Source: Verrucomicrobiota bacterium
Lineage (GTDB): Bacteria; Verrucomicrobiota; Verrucomicrobiia; Limisphaerales; AAA164-E04
Direction of reading: 5' to 3'
NCBI GenBank assembly: GCA_047947115.1
Contig: CP170459.1
Coordinates: forward strand, 3,360,001-3,424,000
Length of the DNA: 64,000 nt
A program made the position numbers and the translations under genes. Each line of letters opens with the position of its first letter. Positions within the stretch are counted from its first letter, which is position 1. The notes under the pieces were generated by a model. The model did not search any database and was not told where the DNA came from. It saw only the letters and a list, made by a program, of their open reading frames with translations. Shown one piece after another: positions 10,104 to 20,104 of this stretch.

Positions 10104-10988
10104 TTATTCCAGATTTTGAACCTGTTCTCTGAATTTTTCCAATTCAGTCTTCAACGTCACCACAATATGTGCAATTTCGTGATTGCTGGCTTTGGAACCG
10201 ATGGTGTTGATCTCACGGAACATTTCCTGAGCAAGAAAATCAAGACTTCTGCCTACCTGGTTTTGTCCTTCACAGAGGGTTTTAAAATGACTGAAATGAC
10301 TCTCCAGTCGTGTCATTTCTTCCGATATATCACATTTGTCTGCAAAAATGACCAGTTCCTTCAGGATGCGATCGTCGTTCAGGTCGATTTGCTCCAGTCC
10401 CGCCTGTTGCAATCGTTCCATCAACTGACGACGGTGACGTTCAGGAAGGTCCGCTGCCAGTTTGCGGACGTCTTCTAAAGCATTGCGCATGGTTTCAATA
10501 CGCGAGGAGAGATCGGTGTAAAGGTGTTGTCCTTCAGTTTCCCGCATGGCGATCAGTCCCTTTACCGCGTCACTTGCAGCCGATTCGACGGCTTGCCAGA
10601 TTAAATCCGGATCGGGGATCTTTAGATCTATCTTCAATACGCCGGGTATGCGTGCCAGCAGTTCGAGGGTGACATCCGGTTTGGCTCCCAAGTTACCGGC
10701 AACATCCTGCAAAGCGCCGACGCATGAGGCGGCCAGTGCCTGGTTCACTTTTGGTTCCGCGCAATCGTTGCCATCCAGATCAGAGAGCTTCACCCGCACC
10801 TGAACCCGGCCCCTCGAGATATAGCCGTTGAGGAAAGTTTTGATTTTGCCTTCCAAAGCATCCAGTTCTTTGGGCAAGGCGACTGCAAATTCGAGTTGCT
10901 TTCGGTTGACGGATTGCAATTCCACCGTCAATCGATAGTTCTGGCTGGTGGATTCTCCTCGACCGTAGCCGGTCATTGATTTGATCAT
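10104..10988 (-). CDS. yicC: YicC/YloC family endoribonuclease
   Basis: MIKSMTGYGRG N-terminus; GRSLDFLAQEMFREINTIGSK...REQVQNLE C-terminus; usual position upstream of gmk. Confidence 0.9.
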   Translation of the reverse strand: MIKSMTGYGRGESTSQNYRLTVELQSVNRKQLEFAVALPKELDALEGKIKTFLNGYISRGRVQVRVKLSDLDGNDCAEPKVNQALAASCVGALQDVAGNLGAKPDVTLELLARIPGVLKIDLKIPDPDLIWQAVESAASDAVKGLIAMRETEGQHLYTDLSSRIETMRNALEDVRKLAADLPERHRRQLMERLQQAGLEQIDLNDDRILKELVIFADKCDISEEMTRLESHFSHFKTLCEGQNQVGRSLDFLAQEMFREINTIGSKASNHEIAHIVVTLKTELEKFREQVQNLE

Positions 10989-11104
10989 GCCCCGATTCAA
11001 GCGGACCGCCGGGGTGCAAGTCAATCATGGCTTGGGTTATTCCAAGCTTATTTGAATGAAGATTCCGAAGGTGAGGATGTGAAATCTGGTAAGTTCGCTT
11101 GAAT

Positions 11105-12070
11105 CTATGCGTTGTCTGTCACGACGCTTTTTATGACGGGCAGTACTGCGTTGAAGAACTGCCGGATTTGATCAATCAACAACTGTGCTTCTTCCTTGTT
11201 ATCGCTCAGAGCCTGCATCTCCAGTTTGGCGCAGAGAGAGGACATGAGTGTCAGTCCGTAAATCTGGCATACTGCTTTGTAAGAGTGTGCGATACGCCTC
11301 AAGTCTGTCATGGAATCTAAACTCAATGCAGTCTGCATCTCGTTCATGCGCTCGGGAGTGCCTTCGATAAAATCCTGGATGAGTTCGTTGGTGGCTTCAC
11401 TGCCGATTTCACTTCGAAGGTTGGCAAGTGTCGTCGCTACTTCCTCGAATTCATTGATAATGTCTTCCGCCATGGTCTGGTCTAGTCTGTTGAGATTAAG
11501 CTCAATCCACAAGTTCATCAACCTTTCGTTTAATGGATTGCTCATGAGTGGTTTGCTTATGAATGAATCCATGCCGGCGTCCAGGCACGATCGTTTTTCT
11601 GATAAGCTGGCATTGGCAGTGACGCCTATGATCTGAATGGGGCGCAGATTTGGGAGGGCGTTTTCGTTTTCCAGACGGCGAATGATGCGTGTTGCTTCTC
11701 TTCCGTCGACTTCCGGCATGTAGCAATCCATGAGGATGAGATCACATGGGGACGTTTGAACCTTTTCAACGGCTTCAAGACCGTTCTTCACCGTCTCCGG
11801 GTGGTATCCCAGTTTCTTGAGGAGGTTTTTGGAATATTCCCTGTTTGCAGCATGGTCTTCAGCGATAATGATCTTTAATGATGAAAAAGGAAAGCGGTTT
11901 GCCTCGATGTCTGCTTGACTTGCCATGCGACCATTGTTGCGTGATCCAGAGTCGTGCGTGACGCTTGCATTGGCCCTGTTCTCTCCCAGCTCTCTGGCCG
12001 CTGGCATCTGGTGATCTTTCTGTTGAAAAAAAACTCGATCCGTTGAGTATGTCTGGTGTTTGATTGGCAT
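11105..12070 (-). CDS. Response regulator receiver + Hpt phosphorelay protein (no kinase core)
   Basis: AEDHAAN, DLILMDCYMPEVDG, GMDSFISKP receiver; C-terminal RRIAHSYKA Hpt helix; SD AAGGAG upstream. Confidence 0.8.
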   Translation of the reverse strand: MPIKHQTYSTDRVFFQQKDHQMPAARELGENRANASVTHDSGSRNNGRMASQADIEANRFPFSSLKIIIAEDHAANREYSKNLLKKLGYHPETVKNGLEAVEKVQTSPCDLILMDCYMPEVDGREATRIIRRLENENALPNLRPIQIIGVTANASLSEKRSCLDAGMDSFISKPLMSNPLNERLMNLWIELNLNRLDQTMAEDIINEFEEVATTLANLRSEIGSEATNELIQDFIEGTPERMNEMQTALSLDSMTDLRRIAHSYKAVCQIYGLTLMSSLCAKLEMQALSDNKEEAQLLIDQIRQFFNAVLPVIKSVVTDNA

Positions 12071-12115
12071 TCGATCTCCTTATTGGTTGGTTAAAATAAA
12101 ACGAAGGAGCTTTCA

Positions 12116-12131
12116 TGCAGGTAGCATGCCA
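12116..12131 (-). promoter_or_regulatory. Sigma-54 (-24/-12) promoter of the REC-Hpt gene
   Basis: Minus strand TGGCATGCTACCTGCA fits TGGCAC-N5-TTGCW with exact GG-N10-GC spacing, about 45 nt upstream of the ATG at 12070. Confidence 0.6.
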
Positions 12132-12270
12132 CAATTGGTAAAACGTCAATAAAGTCGTTAAGGAAGGTATGCGTCAATCTGCATAAAACCAGTTTGAGAT
12201 ATATTTAATTAGCTATATACAAGCGCTTTACTAAAAGTCGCCAGTCGAATATATCAATAGGGATCTGATG

Positions 12271-12324
12271 TTGCGATGTTTTCGCAATGCTTGAAAACAC
12301 CTGTTCGCAATGCATATGCATTGC
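12271..12324. promoter_or_regulatory. Candidate enhancer (UAS) dyads
   Basis: TTGCGA-N5-TCGCAA at 12271-12287; perfect 18-bp palindrome GCAATGCATATGCATTGC at 12307-12324; TTCGCAATGC repeated at 12281 and 12304. Confidence 0.45.
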
Positions 12325-12363
12325 TGGAATGTGAGTGAATGCTCCTTGCCCTTCACTTGGAAA

Positions 12364-14043
12364 CTACGAATGACAGGGTTTTGATTTGATGTGTTGCAAT
12401 GATTTCATCAAATCACTCAGGGAGGATGTTGGTTCCTGGTTTCCTCCAAAATGATCATGCAATTTTACGTAAAGCACGTAGAGTGAATCGTAAACATCAG
12501 CCGCCGTCGATGTCGGGGAATATTGTTTTTGGGCCTGCTGGCACATTTTTGACTGAGCAGTGCCGATATCGGGGTGAATTTTCGCCGCTACACTGGCCGC
12601 TATGGCTGAGCCTAAAGCACATGTCTGACTGGACTTGGAGACTTGAATGTTGCGGCCTGTGATATCCGCATAAATCTGCATGAGCATTGGATTGTTGCTG
12701 GCCAACCCACCACAAGCAATGATTGTATCAACCACAATTCCATACCGTTCAATGCGCTCCAGAATCATGCGCGCACCAAACGCCGTCGCTTCAATGAGTG
12801 CCCTGTAAATCTCGTGGGCCTGTGTCTGTAATGTTTGACCCAGTAGGACGCCGGTTAACAGCGGGTCGCAGAGCAGGCAGCGGTTTCCATTATTCCAATC
12901 CAGTGCCAGCAATCCGGATTCTCCCGGTTGAAGTTTTTCAGCCGCTTCGGTGAGGCTTTCATGTGAATCGGAGGAATGTTCGAGAACGTGATCCACCCAC
13001 CAGTGAAAAAGATCTCCTACAGCCGATTGGCCGGCTTCCAGGCCATGATGCTTTGGAAGCACTGTTTCCGGTACGATTCCACATAGACCCTGAATAAAGG
13101 GCAGCTCCTGGGACAATGGTGCCACGATGATATCGCAGGTCGAAGTCCCCATGATCTTGACCATGGCCCCCGGGCGAATACCGCTTCCTACAGCACCAAG
13201 GTGTGCATCCAGTGCTCCTGTGGCCACCGGAGTGCCCGCCGATAAGCCCAACCTGTCAGCCCAATCCGTGCAAAGCATTCCTGCGGGTTGATCGATGGCG
13301 CTCGTTTTTATCTCTCTGAGAGATTGACCGATTCTCGCCATTTCGGGATGAAGTTGATTGAGGAAGGATTCATCGGGATAACCTCCCCATTTGGCATGGT
13401 AAAGTGCTTTATGGCCGGCGGCGCAAAGGTTTCTTACCGGAGATTCCTGGTTGCCCGTCAGGACAGCTGGCAACCAGTCTGAAATCTCAATCCAAGAATG
13501 GGCGGCTTCAATGACTTCCGGATATTGCCGGATGCAACGGAGCAATTTTGCCCAAAACCATTCGGACGAATATACTCCCCCGCAATGGTTCAGATATTCA
13601 GGGCGGAAATTACCTGCCTGCTTGGTAAGTTCCTTGGCTTCTTCGGAGGATGTGTGGTCTTTCCAGAGCCATGCCATGGCTCCGGGATGATCTCTGAATG
13701 TCGGTAAATCGGTGAGCGGGTTTCCTTGGTGGTCAACTGGCAGGGGTGTGCTGCCTGTGGCGTCAATACCGATGCCTCTGACCTGTTCCGGGCTGAACGT
13801 GGGTTCGGTTGCTGAAGCTTGTTGCAGGGCCTGCCTGACGGATTGTTCCGCTCCGAAGAGGTAATCGGAAGGATGCTGACGGGCCAGGTCGGGATTCTTG
13901 GAATCGGTCAAGATCCCCTGATCCCCTTGAGGGTAAACACAGACTGCGCTTGCAATTTCCTTGCCTTGATGTGTGTCAACAATGAGGCAGCGCACGGAAT
14001 TGGTGCCATAATCCAATCCCAAAGTATAAGCAGGTTCCGGCAT
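12364..14043 (-). CDS. araB: Ribulokinase (FGGY family)
   Basis: GLDYGTNSVR, GIDATGSTPLPVD, WKDHT, YSSEWFWAK, ALDWNNGNR, EATAFGAR. Confidence 0.9.
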   Translation of the reverse strand: MPEPAYTLGLDYGTNSVRCLIVDTHQGKEIASAVCVYPQGDQGILTDSKNPDLARQHPSDYLFGAEQSVRQALQQASATEPTFSPEQVRGIGIDATGSTPLPVDHQGNPLTDLPTFRDHPGAMAWLWKDHTSSEEAKELTKQAGNFRPEYLNHCGGVYSSEWFWAKLLRCIRQYPEVIEAAHSWIEISDWLPAVLTGNQESPVRNLCAAGHKALYHAKWGGYPDESFLNQLHPEMARIGQSLREIKTSAIDQPAGMLCTDWADRLGLSAGTPVATGALDAHLGAVGSGIRPGAMVKIMGTSTCDIIVAPLSQELPFIQGLCGIVPETVLPKHHGLEAGQSAVGDLFHWWVDHVLEHSSDSHESLTEAAEKLQPGESGLLALDWNNGNRCLLCDPLLTGVLLGQTLQTQAHEIYRALIEATAFGARMILERIERYGIVVDTIIACGGLASNNPMLMQIYADITGRNIQVSKSSQTCALGSAIAASVAAKIHPDIGTAQSKMCQQAQKQYSPTSTAADVYDSLYVLYVKLHDHFGGNQEPTSSLSDLMKSLQHIKSKPCHS

Positions 14044-14081
14044 GGAGGTTTGTGTTGGGTTAAAGGGGGGGGATCTATTTC

Positions 14082-14804
14082 CTACCAGTAGCCTATGATA
14101 TTCCCGAAAGGAATGGTTGCGTTGTGGGGGCGCATTTGATTTTGTTTGCGAAAATTGACCGAGCCGTCGACCAGACCAATGTTTCCGCCCTGTGATTTCA
14201 GTTCCTCCGGCTCGGGAAACACACGCTCGGCGCTTTTGACCGGTCCTGTCGGACCGTGAGGTGCAGAGGTGATCGGTGGATTGACGGTTCCTTTTTCAAT
14301 GACATCCCCAATCATGGGCCAGGTAGGGTTGTCGGTAGCACGCTGGGGGGAATCCCATGGCCACGGATTGTCTCCGTAATCCGCATTTCGATCCCTTTCG
14401 TCCTGATTTGTTCGATGTCCCCAGAGGAAGTAATAACCCAGGCGATAGCCCACACCTGGTTGAACACGAAACCAATTTTGTTTGCTCGGACAATTGAATG
14501 AATTGGTGGCCAAACCACCGGAATTTTTCATGTAGTCAAAGACCTGTGAGTGAATGAATGAAAAATGTTCGATCCCATTGTCACGTAATCCTTCAGGGAA
14601 TTTTTGTTCATTGTCGTTGGCATACATCAACATCGTGAGAACAATCTGACGTTGATTAGACTTACATACCGCTCGTTTGCTTTGTTCCTTGGCTTTGCTG
14701 AGTGCCGGTAATAGCATCCCCGCCAGAATTGCGATGATGGCAATGACGACGAGAAGTTCGATCAGGGTAAAACCTGACTTCGGGGAATTTGTTGTGTATT
14801 TCAT
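14082..14804 (-). CDS. Prepilin-type N-terminal cleavage/methylation protein (DUF1559-type)
   Basis: [42 protein letters not shown]-terminal [11 protein letters not shown]. Confidence 0.9.
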   Translation of the reverse strand: MKYTTNSPKSGFTLIELLVVIAIIAILAGMLLPALSKAKEQSKRAVCKSNQRQIVLTMLMYANDNEQKFPEGLRDNGIEHFSFIHSQVFDYMKNSGGLATNSFNCPSKQNWFRVQPGVGYRLGYYFLWGHRTNQDERDRNADYGDNPWPWDSPQRATDNPTWPMIGDVIEKGTVNPPITSAPHGPTGPVKSAERVFPEPEELKSQGGNIGLVDGSVNFRKQNQMRPHNATIPFGNIIGYW

Positions 14805-14840
14805 GTCAGCTAATACTGGTTCTCATTCCGGATTGGCGGT

Positions 14841-15590
14841 ATGATAGTTGAAATGCAGTGGATTGCAATAAGTCAAATTGAACGGCTGAACGTGTTGTTC
14901 CCTATATGGTTGTGCGTTGCAGGGGGGGTGCTTATTTGCTTGGGGCGGCCTACTGTCCTGATGGGGCAGGAATCGGTCACATTGCCTGCCTCCAATGACC
15001 TTGAGGAAGTTTACCAGGCGTGTGTTCTTTGCCATGGAACGAAGGAAATGCAAAGGGGACCGATTTTGGATGGATTGCCCGCTTGGTATATCGAGCGACA
15101 ACTCTCCAAGTTTGCCTCCGGGTTACGTGGACAACAGGAGGAAAACCGCAGCGCCCTTCTGATGGTTCCCGTTGTGCAGCAATACAGCGATCCTCGATTG
15201 TGGGCAAAACTGGCAAAACGTTTCGAATCTTCACCCAAACCGGATCATATCAAGACTATTCGAGGAAATCCTTCTCGCGGGAAACTCCTTTTTGCCATTT
15301 GCGCCAGCTGTCACGGCCCCAGGGCACAGGGCAATTTAACCATCAATGCGCCTCCATTAAATGTGCAGGAGGATTGGTATCTGATGGATCAGTTGAGGAA
15401 ATTCAAAATGGACTGGCGCGGAAGTGATCCTGAGGATGTGGAGGGAAATTTGATGCGCAATATTGCCAAAATATACTCTATCAACGACCTGAAGGACATT
15501 GTGGCCTACATTGTCCGCATGGAGAAGGATGTTGAGGCCAACAATTCAGATGCCCTCAAAGAAGGTGTGGTTGCGGAACCGGAGCGTTAG
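14841..15590 (+). CDS. Di-heme cytochrome c (c4/c553-like)
   Basis: Two CxxCH motifs (CVLCH, CASCH), each followed by P-x-L...Y..QL..F and a distal Met; N-terminal hydrophobic segment. Confidence 0.85.
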   Translation: MIVEMQWIAISQIERLNVLFPIWLCVAGGVLICLGRPTVLMGQESVTLPASNDLEEVYQACVLCHGTKEMQRGPILDGLPAWYIERQLSKFASGLRGQQEENRSALLMVPVVQQYSDPRLWAKLAKRFESSPKPDHIKTIRGNPSRGKLLFAICASCHGPRAQGNLTINAPPLNVQEDWYLMDQLRKFKMDWRGSDPEDVEGNLMRNIAKIYSINDLKDIVAYIVRMEKDVEANNSDALKEGVVAEPER

Positions 15591-16311
15591 AATTCGATGT
15601 CTTAAGTGTTCGACTATAAAACTCCGATGCCTCGCGGCAGGCATGTCTCAGGCGTTTTACGGCATAGCGCATGTTGCGTTGCTTGAAAAGATGCGATCCA
15701 CTTACAAAGGTGTCGGCACCTTCACGGGCACACATGGCGCCGGTTTTATCGTTGATGCCACCATCAACCTGGATCCGAAACTTCAGTTTTTTCTCGTCAC
15801 GCCACCGATTTGCCTGCTGGATTTTTGGCAATGTTTCCTCAATGAATGATTGCCCTCCAAAGCCCGGGTTGACGGTCATGACCAACAGCAGGTCAATTTT
15901 GTCCAGAAACGGTGTCACATCATGAATCGATGTTGGCGGATTGATTGCCAGCCCCACTTTCTTGTTCAAAGATCGAATTTGCCAGATGAGATCATCCACT
16001 CGACGATCGCCTAGTTCGACATGTATCGTGATGGAATCTGCTCCTGCTGAGTCAAAAGGTTTCAGCAGGATGTCCGGTTTGGAACACATCAAATGGACAT
16101 CAAAAAATAAGTCCATGTGCGGACGCAGTGATTTGACGACATCAGACCCAAAACTGAGGTTGGGAACAAAATGTCCGTCCATGATGTCCAGATGCAGCCA
16201 TTCCGCCTGCGATCGAGTCACTCTTTCTGAATCGCGATGAAAATGTCCGAAATCTGCCGCCAACAGACTTGGCGCTATGACAACCGGATGTTTCAAGGTG
16301 GACCGACTCAT
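15556..16311 (-). CDS. rpe: Ribulose-phosphate 3-epimerase
   Basis: IAPSLLAADF, HLDIMDGHFVPNLSFG, DVHLM, MTVNPGFGGQ, VDGGI; start set at ATG 16311, just after the ftsH stop. Confidence 0.95.
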   Translation of the reverse strand: MSRSTLKHPVVIAPSLLAADFGHFHRDSERVTRSQAEWLHLDIMDGHFVPNLSFGSDVVKSLRPHMDLFFDVHLMCSKPDILLKPFDSAGADSITIHVELGDRRVDDLIWQIRSLNKKVGLAINPPTSIHDVTPFLDKIDLLLVMTVNPGFGGQSFIEETLPKIQQANRWRDEKKLKFRIQVDGGINDKTGAMCAREGADTFVSGSHLFKQRNMRYAVKRLRHACREASEFYSRTLKTSNSNAPVPQPHLL

Positions 16312-16324
16312 CAGTTGAAGCGCA

Positions 16325-18397
16325 TTAAGCCGTAGCGGGGGAAGCCCCGCCAAATCCTGGATCCAACTCAGTCTTCTTGGGAGGCACCTCCGGGGTGGGG
16401 GTGCTGGCTTGTGCTCCCATGGGAGGAGCAGGAGGGGTTGTTGGCTTTTCCGGTGGATTGAACTTGCCTGTTCGGACAATCTCTTCCACTTGTGACCCGT
16501 CCAGCGTTTCATACTCCAGCAAACTGTCCGCAATGAGCTCCAATTTGGCACGGTTGTCGTCAATCAACTTTTTGGCCGTCTGATATCCGTCGTCAATCAG
16601 TCGCTTGACTTCCGTGTCGATTTCCTGGGAGGTATGCTCGCTGTAGGCGCGGGATCGCGACATTTCTTTCCCTAAAAAGACATAATCATTATCTTCTCCA
16701 TATTGCACCATGCCCAGGCGGTCGCTCATGCCATATTGACAGACCATGGCTTTCGCCAACTGGGTGGCTTGCTGGATATCCCCGGAAGCTCCGGTGGATA
16801 TGTCATGCGTGACGATTTCCTCAGCAATACGCCCGGCCATCATGACCGCAATCATGTCTTCCATTTCCCGCTTTTGGCGATTGAGGACGTCCTGCTTGGG
16901 GAGAGACATGGTGGAACCGAGGGATTGACCGCGGGGAATGATGGTTACCTTGTGGAGCGGGTGCGTGTGATCCAGCATGACGTTGACCAGAGCGTGGCCG
17001 GCTTCGTGCCAGGCAGTCGTTTTCTTGTCTTCATCGGTCATCGCCAGACTCCGGCGTTCTCGGCCCCAGCGGACCTTGTCACGCGCCTCTTCCAACTCGC
17101 CCATTCCGATGGATTTTTGATTGCTCCTGGCTGCAAGCAGTGCGGCTTCGTTCAGCAAATTGGCGAGTTCCGCACCTGAATAACCAGGGGTGCCCCGGGC
17201 GATCACACCCAAATCCACATCGGGTCCCAGTTTCACATTCTTGGCATGAACTTTCAGGATCTGTTCGCGTCCTTTGATGTCCGGTAAATTCACCGAAATC
17301 TGTCGATCAAAACGGCCGGGCCGAAGCAGTGCTGGGTCCAGAACATCCGGACGATTGGTGGCGGCAATGATGATGATGCCATCCTGGGTGTCAAAGCCGT
17401 CCATTTCGACCAACAGCGCATTGAGTGTTTGTTCCCGTTCATCGTTCCCGCCGCCCAATCCGTGACCACGACTTCGACCGACAGCATCAATCTCATCAAT
17501 GAAAATCAAACACGGGGTACTCTTGCGAGCCTGATCGAACATGTCGCGGACTCGACTGGCTCCAACGCCGACGAACATTTCGACAAAATCCGAACCGCTG
17601 ATGCTGAAAAAGGATGCATCCGCTTCACCGGCAATAGCTTTTGCGAGAAGTGTTTTTCCGGTTCCCGGCGAGCCGATCATCAGGATACCTTTGGGAATTC
17701 TACCCCCAAGTTTTTGAAATTTCTTTGGATCTTTAAGGAACTCAACAAGTTCTGATACCTCTTCCTTGGCTTCGTCCACACCGGCCACGTCTTTGAATGT
17801 AGTGCGGTTCTTCTCTTTGCTGAGCATGCGGGCCTTGCTCTTGCCAAAGCTGAGCGCACCCTTACCGGCCATGCGAATCTGCCGGATCAGAAAGACATAA
17901 ATCAAAATGGCTATAATGAGAAATGGAAGGATCGAGAAAAGAAATCCAGTCAGCAGGGTGCTTGGCTGTGTGGCACGAAACCGGGCACTTTCCAACATCT
18001 GCTGTTCCATGGAATCCATCAGCACCGTTTTGATGTAAAAAGCCTGAAGGATTTCCTGGCCGTTTTCATCCGTCTGGATCTCGATCTTCTTGTCTCCGTT
18101 TGCGTTTTCGCCGGTTACCCGGTAGAGCTTGTACCGCCCGGTGATCTCCTGCAGCCGGCTCTGAGGATCATAATTAATGATCCCTTTTTCCACCAGATCG
18201 TTGTCGACCAGGAGTTTGAGTTCTGCGTAGTTAATCTGTTTCTGTTCACCGGTTTCGGCCTGGCGTTGCAGGAACATGATCAAGGGGATCAATCCAAGAA
18301 TGGCGATCCAAATCAATAGCGTTCTTGGCGGGACTTTCATCTCGCCATTTTCGTTATCGTCTTCCGGTCTTTTGTTGTTTGGTCCGTTTTTTGACAT
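16325..18397 (-). CDS. ftsH: ATP-dependent zinc metalloprotease FtsH
   Basis: 2 [44 protein letters not shown]. Confidence 0.97.
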   Translation of the reverse strand: MSKNGPNNKRPEDDNENGEMKVPPRTLLIWIAILGLIPLIMFLQRQAETGEQKQINYAELKLLVDNDLVEKGIINYDPQSRLQEITGRYKLYRVTGENANGDKKIEIQTDENGQEILQAFYIKTVLMDSMEQQMLESARFRATQPSTLLTGFLFSILPFLIIAILIYVFLIRQIRMAGKGALSFGKSKARMLSKEKNRTTFKDVAGVDEAKEEVSELVEFLKDPKKFQKLGGRIPKGILMIGSPGTGKTLLAKAIAGEADASFFSISGSDFVEMFVGVGASRVRDMFDQARKSTPCLIFIDEIDAVGRSRGHGLGGGNDEREQTLNALLVEMDGFDTQDGIIIIAATNRPDVLDPALLRPGRFDRQISVNLPDIKGREQILKVHAKNVKLGPDVDLGVIARGTPGYSGAELANLLNEAALLAARSNQKSIGMGELEEARDKVRWGRERRSLAMTDEDKKTTAWHEAGHALVNVMLDHTHPLHKVTIIPRGQSLGSTMSLPKQDVLNRQKREMEDMIAVMMAGRIAEEIVTHDISTGASGDIQQATQLAKAMVCQYGMSDRLGMVQYGEDNDYVFLGKEMSRSRAYSEHTSQEIDTEVKRLIDDGYQTAKKLIDDNRAKLELIADSLLEYETLDGSQVEEIVRTGKFNPPEKPTTPPAPPMGAQASTPTPEVPPKKTELDPGFGGASPATA

Positions 18398-18552
18398 CTC
18401 TGCTTCCCGAGAGATTACACCTTGATAAGGATGGATGCAACCATCTATACATGACTATCCATTCACAAGAATGGGATACGCACTTTCCATAGCTGTTATC
18501 GGTTGGAAACTAGGCGGACTCCAAAGGACACAACTGCAAAAAAAGGTAATGG

Positions 18553-19200
18553 GTGAACGCACAGGCAGAAGATACGAACGATCCATGTCGGAGAAGGTGT
18601 TTTATTGCCGCTGACAAAAAGGCGCTTTACCGGATATGCCAGCAGACAGGGGACGCCGGCAAGGATGCCACCCATATATTTCACGACGTGGACTTGCTGG
18701 GGGATCTTTATGTGGGACCTTATCTGGAATTTGAACCGGAGTTGGCCTGGACCATTGAAGATGGCCGGGGTGTCTGTGGGTATGTGCTGGCTGTGTCGGA
18801 CACGGTTGCCTATCAAAAATGGCATTTGCGTAATTGGTTGCCCAAGATTAGGAAAGGGCGGCATTTTCCTAAAATCCCAGAAGAGGACTGGACCATGGAT
18901 GATGCACTGCGGGCATCCCTTTTTGAGTTTGAGTTTGATCGTCCGGAATGGCTGGAACAATTTCCATCTCACATCCATATCGATCTCCTTCCACGCATCC
19001 AGGGCAAGGGGTGGGGGAGCCGCTATGCTCAGGACATGTTGGACACACTTTGCCAGAAAGGCAGTGTGGGGGTGCATCTGGGCATGCACCCGGAGAATCT
19101 GCAGGCGCTCTCATTTTACCAAAAACTGGGCTTTCAAGTTCTGGAACAGGTTGAACTCAGGTGGGAAGAAGTTCTTTATTTGGGAAAATACTTGCAGTGA
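18553..19200 (+). CDS. GNAT acetyltransferase (resembles the O-GlcNAcase HAT-like family)
   Basis: LYRICQQTGDAG, GDLYVGPY..FEPE, FPSHIHIDLLPRIQGKGWG, FYQKLGF. Confidence 0.8.
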   Translation: MNAQAEDTNDPCRRRCFIAADKKALYRICQQTGDAGKDATHIFHDVDLLGDLYVGPYLEFEPELAWTIEDGRGVCGYVLAVSDTVAYQKWHLRNWLPKIRKGRHFPKIPEEDWTMDDALRASLFEFEFDRPEWLEQFPSHIHIDLLPRIQGKGWGSRYAQDMLDTLCQKGSVGVHLGMHPENLQALSFYQKLGFQVLEQVELRWEEVLYLGKYLQ

Positions 19201-19218
19201 TGGCCATCTTGACGGCCA

Positions 19219-19974
19219 ATGTGCACCATGATTGAATCGATGTTCGACTCTCAAAGGTATCTGGATACGGTCTCAGACCAAATACGCAAAGTAAGAGAAA
19301 CGCAATGGCAGGCCATTGAAACAGCGGGTCAGTGGATCGCCAAGGCCCTGACCCAGGATCACTGGTTTTATACATTTGGGACCGGGCACTCCAGATTATT
19401 GGCTGAAGAAGTGTTTCACCGTGCTGGTGGGCTTGCAAGAGCGGTGCCGATTCTGGATCCAATGATCTATTTCTCCGCAGGGGCCGAAAACGCCACTGCT
19501 TTCGAACGCAAGGAAGGGGCAGCCAAAGTGCTCCTGGACCAGTACCCTGTTGAGGCGGGAGATGTCATCATGATTTCCTCCAACTCCGGACGCAATGCCC
19601 TGCCTATCGAAATGGCATTGGACGCCAAAGAACGGGGATTGAAAGTCATCGCTTTGGTCAACCTGCAACATAGCCAGGCCTGGCCCACCCGGCACTCGTC
19701 CGGAAAGAATCTCGCGGAAATTGCCGATCTGGTATTGGACAACTGCGGTATTGAAGGAGATGCCGCACTCGAAATAGAAGGTATACCCGGAAAGGTGGCT
19801 CCGACATCGACCATCACGGGAGCGCTGCTGGTTAATCTGGTGCTGGTATCCACCGTCTCCACAATGAAGAAAATGGGGCAAGATCCTGAAATTTACATCA
19901 GCAGCAACAGTAATGGAGACGATCACAATACCAAGCTGGCCAACAAATACCGAGGTCGCATTCGGCACCTGTAA
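19219..19974 (+). CDS. SIS-domain sugar phosphate isomerase-like protein (UPF0309-like)
   Basis: FGTGHS..LAEEVFHRAGGL, ISSNSGRNALPIEMA, DNCGIEGDA. Confidence 0.85.
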   Translation: MCTMIESMFDSQRYLDTVSDQIRKVRETQWQAIETAGQWIAKALTQDHWFYTFGTGHSRLLAEEVFHRAGGLARAVPILDPMIYFSAGAENATAFERKEGAAKVLLDQYPVEAGDVIMISSNSGRNALPIEMALDAKERGLKVIALVNLQHSQAWPTRHSSGKNLAEIADLVLDNCGIEGDAALEIEGIPGKVAPTSTITGALLVNLVLVSTVSTMKKMGQDPEIYISSNSNGDDHNTKLANKYRGRIRHL

Positions 19975-20104
19975 CAGCGGTGTGTCTCTGAAGCCGCAGG
20001 GGATCATCCTGCGTGCCTTTTGAATGATGCTTGTCGATGGGATTTCCTGCCTTGTTTACGATTTTGCTTTTTTTCGGGCCTGAAATCCGCTTTTTTCAAG
20101 GACT

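Noticed and set aside
16312..16563. N-terminal extension of the rpe ORF overlapping ftsH
   Set aside because: ORF-caller artefact; homology starts at ATG 16311, just after the ftsH stop.
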